A stretch of 64,000 bases of DNA. It comes from an uncultured Flavobacteriaceae bacterium (GTDB lineage: Bacteria; Bacteroidota; Bacteroidia; Flavobacteriales; Flavobacteriaceae). How positions within the stretch are numbered: the stretch's first letter is position 1; each line of letters starts with the position of its first letter. The stretch spans positions 18,701-82,700 of the forward strand of contig CAJVZM010000001.1 in assembly GCA_913020475.1 (NCBI GenBank), written 5' to 3'. A program made the position numbers and the translations under genes. This document shows positions 1-8,408 of this stretch, piece after piece. The notes below the pieces were generated by a model. It saw nothing but the letters and a program-made list of their open reading frames with translations, was not told the DNA's origin and made no database searches.

Positions 1-1284
1 AAAACTATTCTCTCGGCCAAGCGAATTGTCCTTTTGGCATGGGGAACTAACAAAAGTGAAATCATTCAAAAAGCGGTGGAGGGCATCATAACTCCGAATA
101 TTCCAACAACCTATCTTCAGGAGCACAATAATACTACTTTGGTTTTGGATGAACAGGCAACTTCGGGATTGACTCGGTTCAAAGCCCCTTGGATTACTGG
201 AAACTATGATTGGAGCAACCTTTCCAATCAATGCAAAGCGGTATATTGGTTGTGTGAAAAAACAGATAAATCCATTCTAAAGCTTACTGAGGAAGATTAC
301 AATCAAAATTGCATGTCTGAGCTTTTGAACTTAGAGGGCAATTATTATGATCTGAACATTAAAATGTTTAATCGCTTACAAAACACGATCACAGGTTGGC
401 CTGGAGGAAAGGCCAATGCTGACGACAGTAATCGACCTGAACGTCGTATTCCAGAGAAAAAAAGAGCCATTATTTTCAGTCCTCATCCCGATGATGATGT
501 AATTTCTATGGGAGGTACTTTTGATCGCTTAGTTTCCCAAGGGCATGAGGTTCACGTGGCCTACCAAACTTCTGGAAATATTGCAGTTTCAAATGATGAG
601 GCAATAAAGTATATTGAGGTAATCTCTGATATCAGTAACGACTCCGCAGAATATGAAGCAATCAAAAAGGAGTTGTTGCTAAAGGAAAAAAATACCATAG
701 ATTCTTTGGCTTTGAGAAAGTTAAAAGGAGCCATTAGAAAAAGGGAGTCTCTGGCCGCCACACGTTATATCGGAATTCCAGACGATCAAGTTCATTTTCT
801 AAATCTTCCTTTTTATGAGAGTGGTAAAATCAAAAAAAATCCACCCTCTCAAGAGGATATTGACATTACCAATCAATTAATCAAAACGATTAAGCCACAC
901 CAAATCTATGCTGCTGGTGATCTGGCTGATCCTCACGGAACTCACCGCATTTGTTTGGAAATACTATTTGATTCCATCATTCAACTCAAATCAGCTTCTT
1001 TTATGAATGATTGCTGGGTATGGCTCTATAGAGGAGCATGGCAAGAATTCGAAGTTCACGAAATCGAAATGGCCGTTCCAATGAGCCCCGACCAAGTTTT
1101 ACGAAAGCGCAAAGCAATTTTTTATCACCAATCTCAAAAAGACAGTGTTATGTTCCAAGGAAGTGACGACCGTGAGTTTTGGCTTCGTGCTGAAGAAAGA
1201 AACCGTTTGAGTGCTAAACGATATAGAGATTTGGGCCTTTCTGATTATCAGGCGATGGAATTATTCAGGCGTTACCATTTTTAA
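1..1284 (+). CDS. nagB: Glucosamine-6-phosphate deaminase, long two-domain form (end of NagB-like domain plus LmbE/PIG-L-like domain); 5'-partial, continues off the window
   Basis: The frame is open from base 1 (KTILSAKRIVLLAWGTNKSE...). The TTG at 34 is only the first start-like codon in the track. AIIFSPHPDDDVISMGG and DPHGTH are LmbE/PIG-L-type motifs. I remember Bacteroidetes NagB as this two-domain form. Confidence 0.7.
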   Translation, partial: KTILSAKRIVLLAWGTNKSEIIQKAVEGIITPNIPTTYLQEHNNTTLVLDEQATSGLTRFKAPWITGNYDWSNLSNQCKAVYWLCEKTDKSILKLTEEDYNQNCMSELLNLEGNYYDLNIKMFNRLQNTITGWPGGKANADDSNRPERRIPEKKRAIIFSPHPDDDVISMGGTFDRLVSQGHEVHVAYQTSGNIAVSNDEAIKYIEVISDISNDSAEYEAIKKELLLKEKNTIDSLALRKLKGAIRKRESLAATRYIGIPDDQVHFLNLPFYESGKIKKNPPSQEDIDITNQLIKTIKPHQIYAAGDLADPHGTHRICLEILFDSIIQLKSASFMNDCWVWLYRGAWQEFEVHEIEMAVPMSPDQVLRKRKAIFYHQSQKDSVMFQGSDDREFWLRAEERNRLSAKRYRDLGLSDYQAMELFRRYHF

Positions 1285-1649
1285 AAAAAAAATCTTGTTA
1301 CGAAAAAGCTATTTTAGCTGAAGAATTATATTGCCCAGCTATTTGATTTAAATAATTAGGCTTAAAGAGCAAATAGCAATCGTTTGAAAAAAACGACTAA
1401 ATAGTGCCAATGTAGCTTCTGATTTGTAGTTACCGCCTAGTAATATGATTCAAAGTATTCATATATAAATTTAAATGTAATTAATTGTGATATTTAATTT
1501 TTTAATATATTCATAGGATATCGATTGGTATTAGATTAGTATATTATTCATAACCTTAATAATAATTTATGTATTAACTACAGTAATTTTAAAATTAAGG
1601 GTTGATATTATGCGAAAACATTAACTTAAAACTCCAAACTTAAATCATT

Positions 1650-2579
1650 ATGAAACGTAAACAGTTTTTATCCTTAACCGGTATTACTGCCCTTGGTATG
1701 ACGTTGCCCATTCCACTTTTTTCAAAAAATAATATTGCAAAGAATAAAATTTCATTGGCTCAGTGGTCCATGAATAGGGCTTTTTTCTCTGGTAGAAAAG
1801 ATGCCCAAGATTTTGCTATATATGCAGCTAAAATGGGATTTGCAGGAATTGAATATGTCAATCAATTTTATTTCGACCAACTCAAAAATGGAACAACATC
1901 AAGTAAAAACGTAAGTAGCCTTGCTAAAACGCTGAATTCACGGGCAAAAGACAATGACATTTCCAATGTATTGATAATGGTAGATGAAGAGGGTAATCTT
2001 GCAGACTCCTCTACGGCGGTGATCAATACTGCCATTGAACAACACAAAAAATGGGTAGAATTAGCCGCCGAAATCGGTTGTCATTCCATTCGGGTTAATC
2101 TGGTAGGTGAAAAAGATTCTCAAAAATGGGTTTATCAATCAGTTAAGGGGCTTACCGGTCTGTGTGAGTTTTCGAAAACCATGGGAATCAATGTTATCGT
2201 TGAAAATCACGGTGGATTATCTTCCAATGCTGCCTTACTGGCCAAAGTTATGAAACAAACTAACCTTGACAATTGTGGCACCCTTCCTGATTTTGGAAAC
2301 TTCTGTATTTCAGATGTTTGGGGGGATGACGGATGTAAAGACTGGTATGATATGTACAAAGGTATGGCAGAGCTGATGCCCTATGCAAAGTCTGTAAGTG
2401 CAAAATCCTATGATTTTGACAACTATGGAAATGAAACTAAAATTGATTACGGTAGGATGATAGGAATCCTGAAAGAAAACAATTACTCCGGTTATATTGG
2501 TGTTGAATATGAAGGGAGCCGTTTGGGAGAAAAAGAGGGTATTATAGCTACCAAAAATCTAATTCAACGGTTACTTTAA
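1650..2579 (+). CDS. Exported sugar phosphate isomerase/epimerase family protein (xylose isomerase-like TIM barrel)
   Basis: 309 aa. The N-terminus MKRKQFLSLTGITALGMTLPIPLFS looks like an export (Tat-like KR variant or Sec) signal. ISLAQWS, GFAGIEY, HSIRVN, VIVENHGG and GYIGVEYEG fit the TIM-barrel family. Confidence 0.6.
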   Translation: MKRKQFLSLTGITALGMTLPIPLFSKNNIAKNKISLAQWSMNRAFFSGRKDAQDFAIYAAKMGFAGIEYVNQFYFDQLKNGTTSSKNVSSLAKTLNSRAKDNDISNVLIMVDEEGNLADSSTAVINTAIEQHKKWVELAAEIGCHSIRVNLVGEKDSQKWVYQSVKGLTGLCEFSKTMGINVIVENHGGLSSNAALLAKVMKQTNLDNCGTLPDFGNFCISDVWGDDGCKDWYDMYKGMAELMPYAKSVSAKSYDFDNYGNETKIDYGRMIGILKENNYSGYIGVEYEGSRLGEKEGIIATKNLIQRLL

Positions 2580-2588
2580 CCAAAATAT

Positions 2589-4142
2589 ATGTCTCAATTT
2601 ATAAAAAAAATATTTTTTGTTCCTGCTATTATCCTTGTTGCGATGAGTGCATGTAATACTCCAGACCCTGTATATGTTTTGGATAAAACTCCATTGATTC
2701 CACTTCCATTATCGGTTTTGGCCTCAGATGAGGTTATGCCTCTTGATGCGATTGGTTCTGTAAGAACCATTGGCGCTGACGAGCGACTAAAAGTGATAAC
2801 TGAAAATTTTATAAATTTTTGGGAAAAACACACCCAACAAAAACTAATTCATGTTGCTGATTTAACTCATGGTGGTGGTGCTATTACAATTGAAATTGAC
2901 AAAAGCTTTAGTCAAGAACAGGAGGCTTATAAACTAAAAATAGCTTCGGATAAAATTACGGTAAAGGGAAAAACAACTGAGGGAGTTTTTAGAGGGTTAA
3001 AAACCTTAGAGCAGATTGTATTTCTTAGTAAACTTCGCGGGAAAACTGAGTTTTTGTCTCTTCCGGGAGGTGAAGTTACTGACCAACCAGCCTATGGATA
3101 CAGAGGAGCCATGTTGGACGTTGCTCGACACTTCTTTTCGGTTGCAGATGTTAAAAGGTATATCGACCTGTTGAGTATTTACAAAATCAACTTTTTACAT
3201 TTTCACCTTTCCGACGATCAAGGATGGCGAATCGAGATCAAATCTTGGCCAAAACTCACTGAAATTGGAGGAAAAACTGAAGTCGGAGGAGGTGAAGGAG
3301 GGTTTTACACTCAAGAGGATTTTAAAGAAATTATCAAATATGCTGCGGATAGATTTATCACCATTGTTCCTGAAATTGACCTTCCTGGTCATACTAATGC
3401 TGCGCTGGCTTCTTATGCGGAACTCAATTGTGATGGTAAAGCAACCGAGCTATATACGGGAATTGAGGTAGGCTTTTCCACCTTGTGCGTAGAAAAAGAG
3501 GTAACATACGCTTTTGTAGAGGATGTAATCCGAGAAATCAGTGAAATATCACCCGGCCCTTATTTTCATATTGGAGGCGATGAATCCCATGTTACCCCTC
3601 AGAAGGATTTTAATCGCTTCATGGGTCGTACGCTAGCCATTGTAAAAAAGTACATGAAAACACCTATGGGCTGGTATGAACTTATCAATGCTAATATCTC
3701 TGAGGAAACACTCTTACAATATTGGGCCAAAACTGAAGATTTTTCCAAATTGATTCACAAAAAATCGAAAATATTGATCTCTGCAGCTTCATATAATTAT
3801 TTGGATATGAAGTACGACAGTCTTACCCCTTTGGGGCTTTCATGGGCAGGATATTTACCGATTAGGAAGGCCTACGAATGGGAGCCCAAGACCTTAGTTC
3901 CAGATTTAGATCCAGAGCAAATTATTGGCTTGGAAGCTCCACTTTGGACAGAAACCATTGAGGATTTTGATGATATCGCTGTTATGGCTTTTCCAAGAAT
4001 CATTGGTCATGCCGAAATCGGTTGGACAAATGCCGCTCAAAGAAAATGGGAGGGTTATGCAGAGAGGCTTTCATTTCATGGTCAGCTTCTGCAAGCCCTA
4101 GATGTCAAGTATTATTCGGAGACCGAAATTGATTGGAAATAA
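2589..4142 (+). CDS. Beta-N-acetylhexosaminidase, GH20 family, lipoprotein
   Basis: 517 aa with a lipobox-like VAMSAC. GH20 core signatures FHFHLSDDQGWRIEIKSWPKLTEIGG and HIGGDE are present. Confidence 0.85.
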   Translation: MSQFIKKIFFVPAIILVAMSACNTPDPVYVLDKTPLIPLPLSVLASDEVMPLDAIGSVRTIGADERLKVITENFINFWEKHTQQKLIHVADLTHGGGAITIEIDKSFSQEQEAYKLKIASDKITVKGKTTEGVFRGLKTLEQIVFLSKLRGKTEFLSLPGGEVTDQPAYGYRGAMLDVARHFFSVADVKRYIDLLSIYKINFLHFHLSDDQGWRIEIKSWPKLTEIGGKTEVGGGEGGFYTQEDFKEIIKYAADRFITIVPEIDLPGHTNAALASYAELNCDGKATELYTGIEVGFSTLCVEKEVTYAFVEDVIREISEISPGPYFHIGGDESHVTPQKDFNRFMGRTLAIVKKYMKTPMGWYELINANISEETLLQYWAKTEDFSKLIHKKSKILISAASYNYLDMKYDSLTPLGLSWAGYLPIRKAYEWEPKTLVPDLDPEQIIGLEAPLWTETIEDFDDIAVMAFPRIIGHAEIGWTNAAQRKWEGYAERLSFHGQLLQALDVKYYSETEIDWK

Positions 4143-4168
4143 AAGATTAAGTATAAAAAAATAATATT

Positions 4169-4762
4169 TTAAAGGGATTTAACTTGAAGGTTTCTCCAGT
4201 TAACTTTTATTCCCCCTCCGTCATGAATTTGAAGTGCAATTGAACCCTTTGCTCTTCCAATTCTATCATCTTGTAATTGTATCATTTTGGTGCCGTTTAG
4301 CCAAGTGGTAACTTTGTTTCCTACCACTTTGATTTTCATTTGATTCCACTCGCCCATTTTCAGTACTTTGTCTTTTTTTGAATCCGGCTTAATCAACCAA
4401 CCCCTTCCATAGGATTCGTACACCCCGCCACTGTTGTGTCCTGGTGGGGCAACCTCTACCTGCCAACCACTGATTTTTGTGCCATCTAATGTTGAACGGA
4501 AAAATACACCACTATTTCCGTTGGCTTCTTGTTTAAACTCTAGTGTCAAGATAAAATCGTCGTAAAACTTTTTAGTAGATAAGTATCCGTATTTTTCTTC
4601 TGGACCACTCTCGCAAACCAGTAAACCATCCTCGACATACCAAAGTTCTGATCCGTGGATGTTCCACCCACTTAAGTCTTTTCCGTTGAAGAGCGATTCT
4701 TTCTGTGCGTTGACAACTTTTGTTAAGATTAGAAATAATAGGGAAACGATGTAATGTTTCAT
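4169..4762 (-). CDS. DUF1080 (3-keto-disaccharide hydrolase family) domain protein, secreted
   Basis: 197 aa with a signal peptide. FNGKDLSGWN near the N-terminus and IKVNWRNLQVK at the C-terminus frame a typical single DUF1080 domain. Confidence 0.75.
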   Translation of the reverse strand: MKHYIVSLLFLILTKVVNAQKESLFNGKDLSGWNIHGSELWYVEDGLLVCESGPEEKYGYLSTKKFYDDFILTLEFKQEANGNSGVFFRSTLDGTKISGWQVEVAPPGHNSGGVYESYGRGWLIKPDSKKDKVLKMGEWNQMKIKVVGNKVTTWLNGTKMIQLQDDRIGRAKGSIALQIHDGGGIKVNWRNLQVKSL

Positions 4763-4843
4763 TTCGATGATATTTAATTATTTTTATTAAGCTAGATTTA
4801 AATGATGAAGTATTTTCAAAATAAATAAAATTGTTTAATATAG

Positions 4844-4917
4844 TAGCGAGAGGGAGACTTGAACTCCCGACCTCCGGGTTATGAATCCGACGCTCTAACC
4901 GGCTGAGCTACCTCGCC
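4844..4917 (-). tRNA. tRNA with CAT anticodon (Met; lysidine-type Ile2 not excluded)
   Basis: The reverse complement is GGCGAGGTAGCTCAGCCGGTTAGAGCGTCGGATTCATAACCCGGAGGTCGGGAGTTCAAGTCTCCCTCTCGCTA. It folds as a 7-bp acceptor stem (two G-U pairs), a GCTC/GAGC D stem, anticodon loop TTCATAA, a 5-nt variable loop and a GGGAG/CTCCC T stem with loop TTCAAGT. CCA is not encoded. Confidence 0.85.
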
Positions 4918-5038
4918 ATCTTCGATGCGCAAATATAAAATTATAATTTTTAGTGAGCCTTTGAACTTTCAAAAAAAAATTAGCAGTTTGGATGGCACAT
5001 AAACTTTTTTGTATATATTAACGATAAATATTACTTCG

Positions 5039-5431
5039 ATGAGTAAAAAAACTTTCTTTTCTGTAGAGTATGATTTCCAAGCATCTCCTCAGTTATTATA
5101 TCAATACCTTTCCACTCCCTCCGGTTTGTCAGAATGGTTTGCCGATAACGTTAATTCTAGGGGAGAAACCTTCCTTTTTATTTGGGATGATACAGAAGAA
5201 AAGGCAAAATTGATTCAAAATAAATCCAATGAAAGAATTCGATTTCAATGGGACAATGGGGAAGAAGACGATGCTGATTTTTATTTTGAATTTAAGATTG
5301 AAGTAGATGAAATCACCAAGGACGTCTCCTTGGTCGTATCGGATTTTGCTGATGAAAATGAATTAGACGAATCAAAACTCCTTTGGAATAGTTTGATTTC
5401 TGACCTGAAACAGGTTCTAGGTTCTGCCTAA
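5039..5431 (+). CDS. START/AHSA1-like (SRPBCC superfamily) small protein
   Basis: The ATG at 5039 (MSKKTFFSVEYDF...) is preferred over the upstream TTG at 5009. The pattern LYQYLSTPSGLSEWFADNV plus an acidic tail resembles START-like domain proteins. This is a family-level call only. Confidence 0.45.
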   Translation: MSKKTFFSVEYDFQASPQLLYQYLSTPSGLSEWFADNVNSRGETFLFIWDDTEEKAKLIQNKSNERIRFQWDNGEEDDADFYFEFKIEVDEITKDVSLVVSDFADENELDESKLLWNSLISDLKQVLGSA

Positions 5432-5441
5432 TTCTTTTCTG

Positions 5442-6275
5442 ATGATTAATTTTGATGGGAAATGTTTTTCTAGTTATAAGTCTGTTCCTGAGGAATCACT
5501 CAGTTGTCTCAATTCTCTCCCCATACATACTCATCATTTGATTGCATTCGATGGTGAAATAAGCCTTTTGGAGGCACATTATTTTTCTGTTATGGCGGCT
5601 CTTAGAAGATTTAGAGTTGAAATTCCCATGCATTATACGTTGGATTTTTTTCAAGAACAAACCGATCTGCTTAATGACTTTAACAAAAACCCTACAGATG
5701 TTCAGCAATTGAGCCTTAAATTTTACAGAAAAAAACGACCGATAAAGGAGGCCGTGGAGGGTTCGATTTGTTTTTTAATGCAAGCTGGTCTATTCCCTTT
5801 GGAAAACAAGACGCTTGACTTGACTCTATACAAGGATCACTATATTTTTGCTAATGATTATTCTAATCTTTTTCAGACGAATACTTCTTTGCGAGAATTG
5901 GGACAAGTATTCGCCTATGAAAATGGTTTTGAAGTAGCTTTGCTTCTTAACAATCATAAAAGGTTGGTTGAGAGCACTCATGGAGCTGTTTTTCTAATTC
6001 AACATGATGGGATTCAAACTCCAGCCCTTTCTGAGGGCACTGCCAATACAGTTATACGCAATGCTTTTATTCAATTTTTAATAAAGGAGTGTGAAGTCCA
6101 AGTGGTTGAAACCGAGATAGCGGTATTTTCAATCCAACAAGCTCAAGAGGTGTTACTGATTTCTTCAGCCTATGGATTCACTCATATTGGACAATTCAGG
6201 AAGAAAAAATATGAAAAAGAAAGGTCAGTGTCTTTACTTTTTCAATTCCTAAATTACTTGAAAAATCAGTTGTGA
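5442..6275 (+). CDS. Aminotransferase class IV-like / aminodeoxychorismate lyase-like protein
   Basis: 277 aa. The C-terminal half ESTHGAVFLIQHDGIQTPALSEGTANTVIRNAFIQFL ... EVLLISSAYGFTHI follows the class IV fold pattern (E-x-x-x-N-F ... TP ... G-x-x-R). The match is weak. Confidence 0.45.
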   Translation: MINFDGKCFSSYKSVPEESLSCLNSLPIHTHHLIAFDGEISLLEAHYFSVMAALRRFRVEIPMHYTLDFFQEQTDLLNDFNKNPTDVQQLSLKFYRKKRPIKEAVEGSICFLMQAGLFPLENKTLDLTLYKDHYIFANDYSNLFQTNTSLRELGQVFAYENGFEVALLLNNHKRLVESTHGAVFLIQHDGIQTPALSEGTANTVIRNAFIQFLIKECEVQVVETEIAVFSIQQAQEVLLISSAYGFTHIGQFRKKKYEKERSVSLLFQFLNYLKNQL

Positions 6276-6811
6276 TAAGGGTTTTCGGGGGTATTAGACC
6301 AAATTGCATACTTGCCTCCAAGAGCTTTCATTTGATCTTTCCACAAACCTTCTGTTTGATAGGATAAAATGTTTGCCGCAAAAGAATTTTTTACCACTAC
6401 CCATGAGTGGGCTCTGATTTCTTGTTGTAACTGATCACTGGACCATCCTGAATAGCCCAAAAAGAACCGAATATCCTCAGGTCCGAGCAAGTTATCATTG
6501 ACCAACGCCAAGACTTTTTCAAAATCCCCCCCCCAAAATAATTTTTCGTCTATTTTATTGCTACCTGGAATTAAATGTCCAGCATTGTGGATAAAAAACA
6601 AGTTATCTTGTTCCACTGGCCCTCCATTGAAAAGCGGAAAACTTATTTGAATTTCGGGTAGAATATCTCTGAGTTCATAGCTTAGGGGCTTGTTGACTAT
6701 AAAACCTAGAAAACCGTCAGCTTTTTTTTCAACCATCATTACTATAGATCGATGAAAATTTTGATCTCCAAATATTGAGGGTTCTGCAATAAGAAGTTTT
6801 CCTGATTCCAT
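6266..6811 (-). CDS. YqgE/AlgH family protein (UPF0301)
   Basis: 181 aa. LLIAEPSIFGDQNFHRSIVMMVEKKADGFLGFIVNKP and GGPV..D..FFIH are the family hallmarks. Confidence 0.8.
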   Translation of the reverse strand: MESGKLLIAEPSIFGDQNFHRSIVMMVEKKADGFLGFIVNKPLSYELRDILPEIQISFPLFNGGPVEQDNLFFIHNAGHLIPGSNKIDEKLFWGGDFEKVLALVNDNLLGPEDIRFFLGYSGWSSDQLQQEIRAHSWVVVKNSFAANILSYQTEGLWKDQMKALGGKYAIWSNTPENPYHN

Positions 6812-6863
6812 TAATTGTTAATTTAGATTTTCAATTATTAATATAGTCAATTAATGATTTATA

Positions 6864-6894
6864 GCAAAAAAAAAGCTTCCCATGGGGAAGCTTT
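6864..6894 (-). terminator. Rho-independent terminator downstream of the HU gene
   Basis: There is a 10-bp perfect stem AAAGCTTCCC/GGGAAGCTTT (6872-6894) with a 3-nt loop. On the minus strand it is followed directly by a T run (the plus-strand A run 6866-6871). It lies 21 nt after the HU stop. Confidence 0.65.
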
Positions 6895-6915
6895 AATTGT
6901 TTTCGGTTTTAATAC

Positions 6916-7188
6916 TTAGTTGACAGAGCCAGATAATTCAGCACCAGCTTTGAACTTGACAACATTTTTAGCAGCAATTTGGATAGTGGCTCCGGTCTGA
7001 GGATTTCTACCTTCTCTCGCAGCTCTTTTGGAAACAGACCAAGACCCAAATCCGACTAGGGAAACGCGTCCTCCTCCTTTCAGTGTTTTACCAACACTAC
7101 CAATTAATGATTCTAGCGCTGCTTTTGCAGCCGCTTTGGAGATGCCAGCATCTGCCGCCATAGCATCAATTAATTCTGATTTGTTCAT
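6916..7188 (-). CDS. hup: HU family DNA-binding protein
   Basis: 90 aa. MNKSELIDAMA...GFGSWSVSKRAAREGRNPQTGATIQIAAKNVVKFKAG is a canonical HU/IHF sequence. Confidence 0.9.
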   Translation of the reverse strand: MNKSELIDAMAADAGISKAAAKAALESLIGSVGKTLKGGGRVSLVGFGSWSVSKRAAREGRNPQTGATIQIAAKNVVKFKAGAELSGSVN

Positions 7189-7315
7189 AATCTTTAAGGT
7201 TAAATTTATATTTACAAATTTATACGCTTTACCAAAAGACCAATGAAAAAACCGTTGAAATCCCCATTATTGTTAATAAAAACCAATATTTGTTGATAAT
7301 AGCGGACCTTTAACC

Positions 7316-8260
7316 TCAAGAAACTTCAACTTTATTTAAAAAAGTACATCCATTCAGTAGATCAACTACACTCATTTGTTTTTTGTTAGGGAACTGTAAA
7401 ACCTTGCATTCAAGAAAACCATTGGGATGGGTGATGCGTATTGTTTTGTCTATTATAATGACTTGTTTCGGTTCAAAATGATGATTTACATTGATGATTT
7501 CTGCCTCAAAGATTTTGATAACCGCTATTTTGTCATCTTCGATCCAATTAAATCTTGCGCCTGGGAAGGGAGACAAGCCCCTGATTTTTGCCTCTATGAT
7601 TTCAAGAGGCTGATCCCAATCGATAAAAACATTTTCTTTATTAAGTTTAGGAGCAGATTTTTCTGATCCATTGGTTTCTTGTTTTTTTGGACTTACGGAT
7701 TTTTCAAAGATACCTTTGATGGTTTTGCATATCAGTACGCTTCCATATTCAGCCAATTTTTCGTTCAGGCTGCCGGCAGTATCTTTTTGCTCGATCTTGA
7801 CTTTTTCCTGTAGCAGGATGGCTCCGGTATCAATCTCTTCATTGATGAAAAAGGTAGTAACCCCAGTGTATTTTTCTTGATTGATAATTACCCAATTGAT
7901 GGGTGCAGCACCCCTATAGTCAGGTAGGAGCGACGCATGAAGGTTAAATGTCCCTAAGTAAGGAATTGACCATACATTTTTAGGTAACATCCGAAAGGCA
8001 ACCACCACCATCAAGTCTGGCTCTAAAGCTATTAGTTGATTTATAAATTCGTGGTCTTTAAGATTGATAGGCTGCAAAACTGGTAGGTTTTGGGACATAG
8101 CAAATTGTTTTACCGCTGAGGCTTTTATTTGTCTCCCGCGACCTGCGGGGCGATCCGGAGCAGTTACCACAGTTACAATATTGAATTCCTCTTCAATAAT
8201 TTTTTTCAAACATTTCACTGCAAATGGAGGAGTACCAAAAAAAATAATTTTTTTACACAT
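7316..8260 (-). CDS. fmt: Methionyl-tRNA formyltransferase
   Basis: 314 aa. It has IIFFGTPPFAV at the N-terminus and HASLLPDYRGAAPINW at the formyltransferase active-site motif. A TAGCTTTG (-7-type) box sits on the minus strand at 8319-8326. Confidence 0.9.
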   Translation of the reverse strand: MCKKIIFFGTPPFAVKCLKKIIEEEFNIVTVVTAPDRPAGRGRQIKASAVKQFAMSQNLPVLQPINLKDHEFINQLIALEPDLMVVVAFRMLPKNVWSIPYLGTFNLHASLLPDYRGAAPINWVIINQEKYTGVTTFFINEEIDTGAILLQEKVKIEQKDTAGSLNEKLAEYGSVLICKTIKGIFEKSVSPKKQETNGSEKSAPKLNKENVFIDWDQPLEIIEAKIRGLSPFPGARFNWIEDDKIAVIKIFEAEIINVNHHFEPKQVIIIDKTIRITHPNGFLECKVLQFPNKKQMSVVDLLNGCTFLNKVEVS

Positions 8261-8408
8261 TTTAGGTAAAACTGATTTAAATATTAAATCCGAACATGTC
8301 CTATTTCATCATTTTGTGCAAAGCTATCACAATGGAATCATTTGATGTTACTATTTTAAACCTATTTAATATACGCTTTGTGCTTCCTCTGCAATTTTTT
8401 TTAATTTC

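Noticed and set aside
1285-1649. A 365-bp very AT-rich gap considered as a possible ncRNA, degenerate mobile element or repeat array.
   Set aside because: I could find no internal repeats, no convincing extended secondary structure and no ORF. It is most simply a promoter and spacer region ahead of the TIM-barrel gene.
4763-5038. The tRNA locus as an integration hotspot or genomic island border.
   Set aside because: No integrase, direct repeat of the tRNA 3' end, or compositionally distinct block was seen on either side.
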